A stretch of 64,000 bases of DNA from Iphione sp. A-MEVVRFRX5 (lineage: Eukaryota), in the NCBI GenBank assembly GCA_976226885.1, contig OZ320314.1, forward strand, positions 100,688,001 to 100,752,000, in the 5' to 3' direction. The position numbers and the translations under genes are program-made. The first letter of the stretch is position 1; every line of letters starts with the position of its first letter. The notes beneath the pieces were generated by a model, which was not told the DNA's origin, searched no databases, and worked only from the letters and a program-made list of their open reading frames with translations. This document shows positions 26,591 through 40,329 of this stretch, piece by piece.

Positions 26591-29500
26591 CAAGTATCTA
26601 CAATACAACAGTTAAACTATGAGTAATATGCACGGGGGTCTCGTAAAGGAAATACACAACTACGTTGTTCTTATAAAAGACTCTAAAATTAATGGGCTAT
26701 GTCCTCTCCTGACGGAAAGGCTGGGTTCTTCAAATCCATGTGCAACGAAATCACTATCCGTGCACTGCTCAAATTTTGGGGTATAAAAAATAGAAATACC
26801 ATTCTTGTAATGAAAAATGATCTCACAAAGACGTAACGAGCATTATATTTACAATAAAATGAATAGCGTATGTTTCTTCATCTCTTCCATCCCCTATAAC
26901 GTAATGATAACAAATAATCAGATGTAATGACCTGACTTTGCATGAACAGCAAAGTTTCTATATCCCAGCGGCATTAAAAGCAGTTGGTGACGTAAGAATT
27001 GATACAAACCATACACCCACATTTGAAGAGAGAAAGATCGTAAAACAATTATTGATTCTTGAATCTAACAGATAAGAAAACTCTGAATCAACACTCCAGC
27101 TAAATTCTTGCTTTGCCCAGCATAATCTTGCAAATATGGCAACATGATCTGAAATCAACACGATGGCAAAGGGGACATTTTTTCTTGAAATTGACCCAGG
27201 CGTCAAATCTGAATCGATGCAGCATAAGAGCTGTCAGGACACTGTCACCGGGATTTCGTCGAACTGTGGCTACACAAAAAAAGTCAGACAAAAACCTTCT
27301 CGAACTGATGCTCAACGAACTAAGGTTTTTGAAACTTTGGGAAATGACAATGTGTCAACACACAAAATCATTGTACCAAGGCCTCTAATGATTGGAACGG
27401 AACGATTGGCCTCCGTCAATCTAAATATGGTGGCGGTCCATTGTTCATAGAAGCTCGTTGGCCCGGAACATTTCAATATTCTGCAAAATTGAAACAAAGT
27501 GTGTGATAGGAGATAACCGGGGACCTTAAGTTGAGATCCCCTTGAGGTGACGAAGACTTGGACATCCGGCAATAGCTCCCGGAGGTGCCATATAGGTAGG
27601 TCGCGGGAGCTCGTTGAACGACTCTTCTCGGTGAAGGATGAATTAAGATTACCATCGGCACTCATACATACACTAAACATACAGACACGATGAGGTCTAG
27701 TCGCACAGCTACACATGTCTATCCAATGCACATACTGCACCTAAATCACGGGCATTTCTACGTCGATGGTCGCCCTAAGTTCGATAACTCACCCTTAACC
27801 CACTGTGTGGCAAGACCCTGATGAATGGAAAGGGTCACTTCTATAGGTATGTGTCATCTTGATTGCACCGACTCTATGATTGCACGTGTTTACTGAGGTT
27901 TCGTCTTCGAGTACAAATTGAAGTCCTTGTACCGTCTTGTATTGCATGACGTCAAACATGGTGTGCTATACATCTGTCCGGTGTGCAACTTTAAATTTTT
28001 TAATTGTAAACCAGTGTCTAAATAGTATTGCATCAATTTTGTCTTCAGGTGATGTTATGATTTGAATGCACTAAAAAGGGAGCGCAAAGACCAAATGACT
28101 ACTTTAAGCAACTTTTCAAACTCCATAGGGGTCGCACGTTTTTATAAACTCACGCTGTGATGTGGACTAGTGGAAAATACCTGGCAGCATCAAGCGAGAC
28201 ATTTACTAAGCAATCCATAAAAGTTGCCCAGCAACAAGTTTAGACAACTTCAGGCCTAACTTCTTGCTGTTTTACACTCGATTAACCAAAAGGTTCACCG
28301 ATTTGCCGTTGACGAAGGTTCAGGGAAATACATGTACATGTATCTAGGTAAGACTGTACACATGTCGATATCGTTCAGTGTCGGGGATTTCTAGATAATA
28401 AGCGTTGGCGGTATACATTTCTTTCAGAGACATATTATTACCAGGACAGAATATAATGATAATGGGAAGCCCAGAATTGCTGACTTGAAAAGGAATACTG
28501 TAGTTCTCATGTCGGTGGGAATGTAGACTGATAGCTTCTAGTATGCCACTAGGTGATAACACAATTTATGCATTGTATATATCCAACTCGACTTCTATAT
28601 TTTTGCTATGTCAATATGTATATTGAACTCGCTGGTGAGAATTCATGTTGTAGACTTCGTGAGGAGATTTCAAGGCAACCATCAGCCCGGCCGTGAGTCC
28701 AGTGAGTTCAAGAAGTGACTAAGTGTAGTGATCCATAACAGTGTTTATCTGAACTATCTTTTTGTAATGAGAAATACAGACTGGCTCAGAGCAAGCTAGA
28801 GCTTATTCTATTCTAATGATTTAACGTTGCTCTGTTCATTTCCTATGCCGAAAATGCTCAGTTACAGCCAAGGACGTATAATTGTAATATTGCGTCTGCT
28901 GTTTAGAAATAAGACCTCAAATCGATAATTCTGCTAAAGGAAATAGAGCTCTTTGAATTGCTACTTCCGATGTAAAATCCTATTCAGCCATGTTGACTGA
29001 GTAATACAAAACACGGGGCTACCAATAGGAAACAACTAATCAAGCAGAGACGTTTATGCATGCCGTCTGAAGAACACCCGGGCGTGTACACTCAACACAA
29101 AGGACCTGTGTTTGGTAAACGCGGTTGGCTCTTACCAGTGGGTGTTCCCCAAGGGGACCTCCTCTTACCACTGGTATCTCTTATAGTGCTGTAGTCTAAT
29201 GTGAATTAACGCCTCGAAGGGGTAATGTTTAACCAAGCCCGAAACAGGTGGCACAGCAACATAGCCGAGTTTTATTGCTGAGTCTGTTGGCTGTATTCGT
29301 ACCACCCTGCATGGTCTTGAGCGTTATTTCACTCAAGGATGCTACAAAGTATAATAGAGGAAGATGTATGGGTAGAGCTCAGAAGACATCGAGGCATAGC
29401 TTTCTCACGTAGGAGATATAAAAACGGTACAATAAAACTGTTTAAATGGAAAGGAAAGTGCACGGATGATGAATGAATACCTCATTATGAGGTATGGAAA

Positions 29501-32500
29501 TGAAGAGAGAGACTCAAGACTAAACAATTGAATCCAAAACGGAATTTAGAAATAGAGAAAGGTCTGCTCTGGGAAGAATTATTACGTGTTGATAGTAACG
29601 AATTCATTCCCCAGGAGGGGTAATACCATGACAAGGGCTCTTTGAATCTTCTTGGCTCACTTATTACTTTTTCCAGCTGGTTTGCGTCTACTATACGATT
29701 AAATGTAGAGAGGAGAATGCGTTGATGAGTGTGTTCACTTCCGGGATGACATTGACCAGCCATGACAATGTACACACGGACGCCTTACCGATTTACCTGA
29801 GTACATGCAATAAACATGCAAACACGGCAAGTCGACCCTCCCTCGGCGAACGACCTGGACATGAATATTACCGCCCTGCAAGGCCTCGCAATGCCTCGCA
29901 ATGCGTGCCACTCCATAGGAAATCAGGACTCGATGGATGGAGGGAGAAAGGAATCAGCACTGGCACTTAGTACCGAGCGGAGCGCCGAAAGTAATTGGTC
30001 TATTTTGATGAGCACTTGTCAGTCGGCATGCAAGCAATCATCCGCCACTGCAATGATGCCAACTGCCACCCAAATCTTGGACCCCCCGCCGTCAGTATCC
30101 TGAGCCTCCCGTCTTGTTCGCTGACCTGCCTGCCAGGTTCGAGGGCAAAGAAAGCGACCAGAGACCGAGATTAAGGAATGAAATGTTTTAGTCCCCATCG
30201 CCACCTAGTGTTGGAAACTTCCTTACGCGAGGAGAATTTATAATGAGGGAACCAGGTTTGGTAAGGAACCGGGAATAGGGAGGGATTTAACTTCCTGGAA
30301 GGGAACATGGGAACTTGATTTTGGCTTTTTAAGTCATTCAAAGAATGGAATGTAATATCTTCTGGATCAATTTATTTGATGTCTAGAAAATGATTCAAGT
30401 CAATTATTCAGTTTTACGGGAAGTATGACGTCTCTAACGTGCGTCAGTAAACGCCTATAATTAAAAAAGCTCAAGTTGAGGTTGTTTAATACTGATTCTA
30501 ACAATTTAAAGTTCCCCTTCCCCCCTTCCAATCAGCCTTCTTACCCTCTCACCCTCTTAGTAATGCTCATGTGATGTTCCTCATGAAGGGGTGTGTTGAT
30601 ATCCATGGCCTCAGTCGATACGCCTTCACAGATCCCCTTCTAATTCCTATAGGGAGGTGTGCATGAGAAATGAGCTCTTATCCCCCCCCTCCCAAATAAA
30701 CACCCAACCATCTCACGTACTACCCCTTCCCTCCCAACCCCTTAAACCTATCCACCGTATCCCTGGACTCCTCTCTCCGCGGGCCGTCATCTAAAAAAAT
30801 AAACGTGGAAAGGAGAATGCAGTAGAGACGCTCTTCCCTTATCAGTAAGGGCCAGAGCGATATCATTAGAGCCAGGGTGGATGATTTAGAGGCTGACACT
30901 TAAGCACTGCTGCCAGCAGGAAACAGGAGCCGAAGCGAAAACAAAGGCGCGAATTAGACGAATGGCAGAGGGACATAGTACTTCGAGGGTGGACACACAT
31001 GGCGGGGTTTTGAATTCGCTGGTAAAGAGAATATAACTACGTTGTGGATTGGACAGGGAACCTGCATAGGTTTTGGTTGATACCTGTGTAAATACTATTG
31101 ATAATAGGAATCAGATAGGTTGCCTTTCAATGGTTGAGGGATTGAGGTTATGGGGCTATGTAGATGTTGCTCAAAGCAGTGGTTGTTCATAGTACTACAT
31201 GGGGTTGCTCAAAATCTGGAAGACTTTGGTATGCTGCGTGGAACATTCAGAAAAATCTATTAGGTAAACCGCTCAGAGAAGCTGAGCACTTTAACTTGGT
31301 GCCTCCAACAACGATCATTTCTTGTAAGCTGGTTACCTGAAATGAACCTGCCAACTGACTAGGCTGATTATAATAACCATGGTGGAAGCTTCTTAAAACA
31401 TTGATACGCGTGTTTGTATTACACGACAGTTATTATTCATAACACCTTGGAGACAATGCTACAGATACCGGGTTTTACTGCGAGATCCTATAAGGGTTTT
31501 ATTTGCCTTTTGAATGCTGCTGTTATTTTAAGAATGCATTCCTTTACGATGGCGTATAGTGGTGTTTTGCAGCTTGTACAATGATTGTTTTATCCAAGAG
31601 TGATTGTTCTCAAGTCATTTACTTTTTACGTTCCTAGTGGCAATCTTGGTAAGTAATTCTCATCAGTTTATTGCGCTTTGCCACTTGGTTACAATTACAA
31701 ACCTGGTGCATTTTTTCATAGCAGGATGCTGTAGGCCTCCTCGTGGTTACGTCAATATAACTTTGATAAAAGTACTTGGCTTTGTATTGAGAAGAAAATG
31801 ATTGTGACCAAGGAAACTGTGAGTGGTCTGTTAAGCTTAAACTGAAAAATCGAAGAAATTGTATTACATGCGAAAAGACATTTGGATTAGGACAATTGTT
31901 TCATGATTTACTATTTTGGTTGCGACCACTGTCGTAAAACGAAGGCAATAACACACTAAATGTTTGTGCTGAAACATTCAAAATGCTATCTTGTGACTAT
32001 CGCATAAAGAGCTACATAATTTGGCTAGGAGTGTGTCATAAAAACAGTTTAAAGATGAGGACTTGACTTATTTCTTCATCAAGTATCATGCATGGTTCCA
32101 ATGGCTTTCTGCATCCGATCTTTTGTAGTAAATAGGTGCTAGACGGGTATAGTACCTGGTGTTCCTAGTGGAAGTGGATTGGGAATTTACGTGCTTGTGA
32201 GTTGTTGTGAGGATTAGGTGGCGGTTGGTCAGAGCTAAATGAATGTTGTCTCTGCTAATGGGTCATGATAATCCACAGACACGTTTTACTCTTACCTCAC
32301 GTCGATCTGGGGGGAATTTAAAGTGATCCTTAAAGTTTCATGACGGTTATTGTGCTGAGGTTAGCGTGACTGTCTGCACGCATGTGTGTTTTTGCGGAGG
32401 ATTCTCGTTCGCTGGCGTCATGCTGTGTTTATTTCTGTCGTATTACTTCGATTTATTGATTGTTCGGTGTTTCCAGGTAAATGCACCTCTGTGTCAGATG

Positions 32501-35500
32501 CACTCTAAGACATCACTGTAAGCACCGATTGCACGGTACAGTATCGTTATTGTTTAGCATTGGAGACATATGTATACAACATGGAATATTGCGGAATAAA
32601 AGTACTTTACTGGCAATGCATGCAGGCAGGGCTCTACTGTTTTTAATGGAAAACTCTCAATAAAAATTCGATAATGAACCAGCTGTGTAAGGTTCATTTG
32701 TATGTTCATTTGTTTCCCCCATCCTTTATATGCTACTGACTGACGGAATGTTTTCCAGTTCTTGAATATAATATCATGTCACAATCTTTCATAGGATAAC
32801 ATATAGATAAGCATCATGAGAGAATAACGTAAATAGATACCGAGATTAAAAGAAAATATGATACAGAAGATAACAGGAAGGGGACACGGGGGAAGGTAGG
32901 GGTAGATACTGTACGAGAGAGAAGTGTAGATAGTTTCATCAAAGGAGAGGCACAGTGAGAGAAGTTAAAGGGAAAAATGCAGGTGGCACAAATTTACACG
33001 TGGATTCGGATAAGAACGTGATATGACTGTATCAAGAAACGAAATGCGGCAACCGATCTAGGGCTGATAGGTACTCAGAATACATAGTGACTAGGGGCAT
33101 TAGATCAAACGGATGGAGATATTAATAATCGTTTGACAACAATACATAACGGAAGATAGGATGGTAATACGAGAGGAAAAGAGACGGTGCGGCGGAGAAA
33201 ACCGAACCTGAGTTTGGTGTGGAGGAGAAGGGTTGGGAAGGTTACTAGTCATCAGGCAGTATGCCGACTTTATCGTCGAGCTGTTGTCTCCGTAATAGGC
33301 GAATGGCTGCGCTATCCTTTGCGTGACTAAGATCACATATCCACTCACCGGCATCATGGCGTTAGTGTTATGCGCTTCGTTATTTCTTTATGCGTCATTG
33401 TGTGTCCACTTAGGTGAATTAGGAATGCGTGAGTAGAGGGGCGCAAAAACAGCAGCCAAGATAATGGCTGCACTTTCCACAGTGACTACGTTTTGCGTAT
33501 GAATTCCTAATGGCGGACACATCAACCCTCGCTCTGTAACCGCCGTAAATCTACATGGTGTATATGTATGTAATAGGGCTCTGTCGGAAGTATTTGGAGA
33601 AAGTGATCCTGCAAATCGAATATGTAATCTGCCCTGTGCTGTTTTGATAAGTATATGTCTGGTGTATCTATAATCAGGCCGTAGGTCATATGCAAAGTCT
33701 GGACGGTATAGTGTTCTGGTTAACAAATGCGATATTCGAAGATGCATAGGGGACGTCGGGAGGGGAAAGGTTGCAGTAACTCTAGTCTATACATCCGAAT
33801 GTCATCTTAACCTTTTGCTCATCTTACCCATCACGGTCTTGAACTTACTAAATGCCATCGTGGTAAAGCATCTAGTTCACTGTGTAGTACATATATATTA
33901 AGAGGTAGTTTCGTTAGTTATTGGAGGATCGGCAGGCAGCGCACGAGTGTTGTAATATTCCACTATCCTTCATGGCGAGTTGAACCCACATACAGGATTA
34001 TCACATAGATTGGGAAGGAGGGACATTGTTTTCAAATTTGAATTTGCAACACAGAAATCAAGTAATCTTTATAACAAGTCATCGTATTACAAGGACCATC
34101 ATCTCCTTTCCTTACGGGGTACTAATGTACACCTCACAGCTCAGTCGATTCCCCGACAACTGAGGTGTTATAGGCTGCGTTACCGTCGACGCCGAAGGAA
34201 CACCCACCCTAGCTCTCACGCATGCATATTGCATTGTGCTAGACAGACGGGGCAAAGGGGTAAAAACATCGATTGCTCAGACCCGAGCAAGCAAGGGCTA
34301 TTTGTAAGCGGCCGAATGGGATACAATTAGCTGGGTAATTAGAAACCTCGCAGGCTGGCTTGGAGGGTAGGGGACATTGACAGAAAACATGTAAAAAAAA
34401 ACGATTCGCATCGCTGATAATCTCGCCCGTTGCCTAGGATCATATCATCTTTTTGAAATTCTATGTAATACATGTTTTTTTACAGATCGTTCCCCTTGTC
34501 ATGTCTTAGGGCCTGTTTCTCGCTTCTTTCCCATTTCTTGTTCAGTCTCTTTCTCAAAAAGGAACAGAAAAAACATGTCATCACATGTCAAATCAGTATG
34601 AAAACAAATCACTCCTGGTCCCTTCCTATTCGCACATGTTTCTCTCTGTGTAACCCTCCTTTCCCTCTATTTTGCTCTCTCTATTTTCTGTGTCCTTCTC
34701 TCTCTCTGTGTTCTCGGCTACATTAATGACCATCTTCTTCTGCTGAGCATGCAGCGAGTGTTACTGACGCAGACGCGGCTCGATTCCCCTTGTCGTACGA
34801 GGCACCAATGTTGACACCAGCTGTGGTTATCGGAGCATCATCCAAATGTCAAGCATGCTTGGGCCTGCCTCTTTTTTCACCGTCTCTTTTTCCCCCTTAA
34901 TCATCAAGAGAGTGTAATATTGCTCCATCTCCATCAGACCATGGGACGAAGAGGAGATAAAAAATCATCAATGCAAAACATTTAGAAGCAACTGTTCACC
35001 CGCCAGACACATCACGGCCTATAATTTGAGGAGATGTATTTATTCATTTTAAATGCGGCTAAAATATGCACAAGAGGGTAGTGCAGAGTTTTGTCGCGTC
35101 GTTTGGCTCTTATTCATTGACACGGCTCAAGTGATGGTCGAGAAATAAGAGCCGACAACCGTCCTCGCGTGGTCCTATCCGGTTGTCATTTAAAGGTATG
35201 TGTTTACGTGTTTGCTGGTCCTTTTCATTCAAATCAAGGCCGAACGAATAATAAAACAGGAGGATTATTTTTGTTGAGCGTCAGGATGGGCTGTTGCTAT
35301 CAACCAGAAGAAATAGAGACAGCAGTATTTCATCTGATAGAGACAGAGCAGGGCTGTAGGAGTGATTCGGCTGCCGAGTTTATTAGTTGGCCACTCCGAT
35401 TGGGCTGCCCACCTTGCAAGATGGCAAGTGTGACTTGCTGAGATTAAAGGGTGGTAACTTTATTTGACTGGATTGGGGCCAACATCCGTAGTGTTGGTGC

Positions 35501-35896
35501 ATATTTTCGTATCCATAATAGATAAGATAAAAAATAGTTTCATTACATTTATCGAATTCACCTCTTCCTTTTAATCGCAACCATCTAACATTGACGATGA
35601 TAGCTGTCCAGTTTGAAGTATAGCATTTAAGGAGTTATCAACATCTGAGGAAATCTGTTGTTGATGTTCCCAGCTAGGCGCATTTCTCGCCACTTGGCAA
35701 AGATATCTTCAGCCCTAATAACCAGCTAAGTTCACATGAACCTTTAGTTGAAGATAAAGAAGAGATTGAGTAGTTGCTGGTTTAAAGGGGATCCTAGACA
35801 ACTTTTGCCTCAATACTCATTTCACTACCAAGTCACCTTTGGTTTAGTCAATTTATAAGGAAAGTAAAATATATATAACATGTATATTTCTTGATA

Positions 35897-36360
35897 CATT
35901 TATTTAACCTGGCAATCCAAAGTGGTACCAGGACGTATTCCAGATACAATCATACACTTGTTCAGGATTTAAAAAAAAAAAATTTCAGTTGTAATGTTAT
36001 TGGTTTTATGTCAGATGGGTATAATCTATTTGATTGTAACAGATAAAGGGTCTTCTGCAAACAAAATTCTGTTACAACATTCAGTTGCGATCATGGCTTT
36101 TCTCAAAGTGTCAAGGGTTGCTAATTTCTATAAGCAGCGTTTAAATGACCATTTTTTTACCGGACAGTGGTCAATTTTGGATAGAAACGTGTTTGGCAAT
36201 TCTGTCATGTCCAGTCGGCTAAGGATCTCGACACGGCAGTTATTACGGAGTTTATGTAGTTTATTTGTAACCTCCTGTTTTACCGCCCATGGAAAATGCT
36301 CCCATTCAGCAGCTCTGCCAAGTCACGTCGACGACTGAAAGTCGATATTTCTAGCCCTTT
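35897..36360 (-). mobile_element. LINE-C 3' fragment (decayed CR1-group LINE)
   Basis: Stem-loop CCTGGTACCACTTTGGATTGCCAGG + TTAAATAAA at 35897-35932, nearly the same as the LINE-A tail. About 200 nt upstream there is a decayed frame TELPNTF...SFKRCL*KL resembling the WNxLP...SFK ORF2 C-terminus. Confidence 0.55.
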
Positions 36361-36499
36361 GTGGGATGAGAATGATCATCAAATACTTTTCACAAAGATA
36401 TCCATTATATTTTGAAACATGAGGACAGAAAAATTGTAGAAAAAATTATGAAAGTACTCAGAGATTTGTTTTATATCGTTGATGATGATGTTTCTATCA

Positions 36500-36780
36500 T
36501 CAAAGTCCATCTGTGTAACGCTGTGTCCAGGTCATCATCAGGAATGTAAATTTGTCTACCAGATCCTCCATTTGGTAGAGCGGAATATCGAGGGAAGTGA
36601 TATCATTAGTGCCCGCAAGGATCACAATGTAGGAGGGGACAGGTCTACATGTCTAACTTCAAATTGTAAGATAGTTTTAGTTGATCCTACAATACCAATA
36701 CACAGAAATACATGAGCTTTGGCTGGAATCCCTCTCTCTTAGGGGTCTTTTTCCAGATGTCAGTCATACAAATCGGTGGA
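36500..36780 (-). pseudogene. Decayed SGNH esterase ORF (third copy), probably part of LINE-C
   Basis: YIVILAGTNDI at 36599-36631 is the SGNH block III GxND motif (LINE-B: FVMVMAGINNI). Upstream, in another frame, HLEKDP*ERGIPAKAHVF resembles LINE-B HLQGALMEKNIPGRVYF. Confidence 0.6.
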
Positions 36781-37505
36781 ACAGTGGTCGGTAGGTGGGT
36801 AGCCAAGTCTGATCATGTTGGTTGCCGGGACGTCACAACGCCACTGACACCAGAGCAGACTGTTTCTAGAATTTCTCCCGACCAGTTACAGCCCGGATAC
36901 CCCCCCCCCTTTAGTCAGACTAGGCGAGCGCAGACCCACACCTGCACCCAAATTGACATTTCTCGATCAGTGTGTTAAATTTAGTCACTCATAATTAGCA
37001 TTTGACACTCGAACCAAACCTCTTAGCAATGGACCGATTTAGCCTTGATAGTCGGAGTCTCTCTGAGTGTTTCCCAGGGGCCTTTGAGATAATTTAAAAA
37101 GTTAGATTCTGAGTGAGAGAATTCATTCAAATTTTATGTTTGAAAACCGACCTTGAACACCAAGAGAAAGTGCTGATGTATCTGGGCTGGTATGGCTAGC
37201 GTGGATTAGAAAATTCAAAACCCCTACATAGATTAACCATTTGACTTTGCGATTGTTGGATGTAGGTGCTATGAAAAATTCACAAGGCAGTGTCTCTCTA
37301 CTTTTCTTAAAATTATTATCTCTGTCCATAGGACTAATGCCCTTTCTCTTTGTACCGACTTCTGTGTTGGCGAGAGATGGCATTGGAATGCAGCAGTTAA
37401 AAATAGGAAAATTCAACCTCATTAAAGCACGGCGGCCATCTTTTTTTCTCTTTAGGCCTATGTGGCCGAGTGTGTGAATATATCACGTATTGGCATTGTT
37501 TGGAT

Positions 37506-37624
37506 TAGCGTCAGGTGTTACTAACTTGTCTCACTGGGGGATGAGTTCCTGAGGGGATTCGAACCCACACAGGTCTGTTTAAGCTAGGGGCATTGGCGCT
37601 CTAACCAACTAGACCACAGACACC
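37506..37624 (-). mobile_element. Short tRNA-derived SINE (head plus short tail)
   Basis: A-box TGGTCTAGTTGG and B-box GGTTCGAATCC on the minus strand. The acceptor stem pairs only 5/7, so this is not a functional tRNA. Confidence 0.75.
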
Positions 37625-37976
37625 TGACTATGGTTAGAGAATACAGTTGAGTCACTATTGCTGACCCCTGGTCGGGTCCAAGTCAATGGCGACCTCTCTG
37701 ACTTATCTCACGACTTAAAAGTGCCACATAAGCAGTAACTGCCGTTGTGAATAAAATTTTGTTCACAACGGCATGTCAAGGTCGATATATTTATTAATTT
37801 CAGAGATAGAGAGGCTTACAGGTTTTGCCTGCAGGGAACAAATCGGGCTTCTTTATGTTGCTAATCCGTCAATTTGTAAAATGTTTTAACGTGGTTTTGT
37901 TGGGTGACTACCGAAGGGACTGAACCAAATTGGTTGCCTAAACCAAAGTGCGGTGTGTGTTGTGTGTTTGTGTCCG

Positions 37977-38192
37977 TGAAATGATAGGAAAAATGATGAA
38001 AAAGGATGAAAATGATTCTAAAAGCCCTGAAAATCTGGGAAAATCACCAGAAAATTATGAAAAAGGACAGAAATGATTCAGAAAGCTGCAAAAATTGGCG
38101 AAAATAATGGGGAAAATGATGACAAAGGACAAGCATGATGCTAAAAGCTGCAAAATCAGTGAAAATGATAGGAAAAATTATGAAAAAGGACC
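37977..38192. repeat. Degenerate minisatellite of about 60 bp, roughly 3.5 units
   Basis: Unit approximately GTGAAAATGATAGGAAAAATTATGAAAAAGGACAGAAATGATTCTAAAAGCTGCAAAATC, repeated with substitutions. Confidence 0.8.
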
Positions 38193-38708
38193 GACATGTG
38201 CAAACATGTGTGTATCATGTTGAAAGTAAAGAATTGTGAAGAGAGAGATTTCAACATAAGAATAATACAGCAGGAATTGTATAGAACTGCGTTTGAATCA
38301 GTGGGATAGACATGTACTCCAAGAAAACAAGTCCTGGTCTCCCCTGGCAATTAGAATCGCACCTGTTGGAGTTTGATAGAAATGGCGAACAATTGATTAT
38401 TATAAAATTGAAATGCTCTATTAAGATCTTAATATACCATGGGAAAACGATATCGCCGAGTCGATTTATGTCTTACCATTACCATGATTTTCCATTAGTT
38501 CCAGATTACCGTATGTCATGCGTTCTGAATAGAGTAACAAAATAACATTGTTGGATGGAAACGTTGGCATCCGCATGGTCGCTGCTTAAAAACACATCTT
38601 CACAAACATACACACTTACTGTATGCACAACCTCAGATGGCCACTGTGGATAGGTAGCAAGACAGAAGAATTGGAGATGGTAACAAGCCGACTGGCATTT
38701 TTATCATT

Positions 38709-39031
38709 GAATCTTTAACCAGGAACTAGATATATTTTTTAGCTGTTCTTTCATGTCTTCTTGGGGTAATACACTACCATATCGTAATAAAAATTGAGAG
38801 ACCACAATAACCTTGGTTGCCCCCTACTCATCTTTCTAACAGGTCTTTATGGTCTTCTTGTGCATAAAGGACAACATCGTTTATACTCACAAATTACAGA
38901 CTACTGTGGGTTTGGGCTACAGTAAATCTGTCTGGTCATGATGAAGAGTCCCATGCCCAAGTTTCAACTTGTGACCTCTTGATCAGTGGACCAGTGCTAA
39001 TCAGCATGCTTACCAACTATGCTAACTCCCC
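38709..39031 (-). mobile_element. tRNA-derived SINE, family 2, copy 1 (older)
   Basis: Shares exact blocks with 51204-51531: GGTTGCCCCCTACTC, GTAAATCTGTCTGGTC, TTGATCAGTGGACCAGTGCT, GCTAACTCCCC. A and B boxes are decayed. Confidence 0.85.
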
Positions 39032-39420
39032 ACTGACTTATGGCAGACTGTCCGAGATTCAAGGCAGGAATATGAGCCTATGTACATGTTTGTATGCCTT
39101 TGTGTGTCCGAGATGAAAACGGAAGAGAACGATGTTAACATTAAAAAAAGAAATCATATTTCACAGGGCAAACACTGAAAAGATCACTTCCCGTAATGGA
39201 AGATTCCTCCTTGATAAAGAAACACGACGTCTAGTACTCCACTGACAATATGCTGGCAACTGATATGTAGTATGAAGTGACTGAAGACAGCAGTCATTTT
39301 AGATTGAAAAGGCTGTGCAGATCAAACATTTTATTTGTTCTAGAAATGGAAAAGCAATTTTGTCAAGACTGTTTGAACAAATCATAGAAAACTGATTGCG
39401 TGGTCCGGCATAAGGGGAGG

Positions 39421-39424
<4 letters not shown>

Positions 39425-39492
<68 letters not shown>
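39425..39492 (+). repeat. (AG)34 microsatellite
   Basis: Perfect dinucleotide run. Confidence 0.98.
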
Positions 39493-39496
<4 letters not shown>

Positions 39497-40329
39497 CTGA
39501 CGTTAAGTGACTTAACCTCATCAACGGACAATGTAACTCAAGTATGCCTGTTCACAGACTGCCTCCCCCTATTCACAGCAAGCCGCGGTAAAACAAGGCA
39601 GGCTATCCAGAGTGAATCATCGTCTGGATCATCAGATGATGGTCTCACCAATTTGCTCGTTATTCCCCGCTATATCCCCATATCATTTTCTACTACGTCC
39701 CCGCTGTCAGCAAAGTGTCAACACTGACAGCATGATAATTAATGTATGATTTTGCATCAGTTGGACACTTCGTCCCGGCGAGTGGTGCTCATTTTCATAA
39801 GACTAATAGCTGTAGTCATCAATCACGAGCTGGCTACGCGAGCAATGAGCAACGATTCTAGATTGAAGGACAGCTTCAAAATGAAAAGGAGCTTTTCATT
39901 TTGGATTTGATCCAACGTCTTTTATATGCTATGCGAGCAGCAATGCAAACTTAAATGGGGCAAAACATCCCTTATTCTTTAAAACACAGTGCCTTATTTT
40001 TGGGAACTGTTACATATTCTTCGATGAAAAGGGTCCAGTTATATGAATAGCCTTTAGTGCAATGTAAGGACCAAAGTAACCTTCGCATTCTCTCTTATTC
40101 GTATTCCCGTTCTTTTCACATATTCCTTATTTTCTTTTGTATTATTTTATTATTGTATTACAATTGTATTATTTTCTACTGTATCACACGCAGATCTACT
40201 GCTAAGAACATAATCCACCCGATGTATACTCGATATATTCACGTACTGAAGCTAGGATGGACAATGTTCTTTAAGACTCCTTCGAAAGAGTAGCACAGGA
40301 ACATTCACCATGCCATCGAATGTCAACAA

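Noticed and set aside
26911-28170. Several long frames with few stops on both strands, one with CPVC (possible viral fossil)
   Set aside because: No family could be named, and such runs are expected by chance several times per window. A tBLASTx search would settle it.
37506-37624. Possible genuine tRNA gene
   Set aside because: Acceptor and T stems are mispaired; better explained as a SINE head.
26347-38192. The tandem arrays at 26347-26590 and 37977-38192 as CRISPR arrays
   Set aside because: Degenerate minisatellites without unique spacers, no cas genes, eukaryotic context.
38312-38700. Possible L2 3' end (LKTHL, GGCCACTGTG)
   Set aside because: Only short, weak matches.
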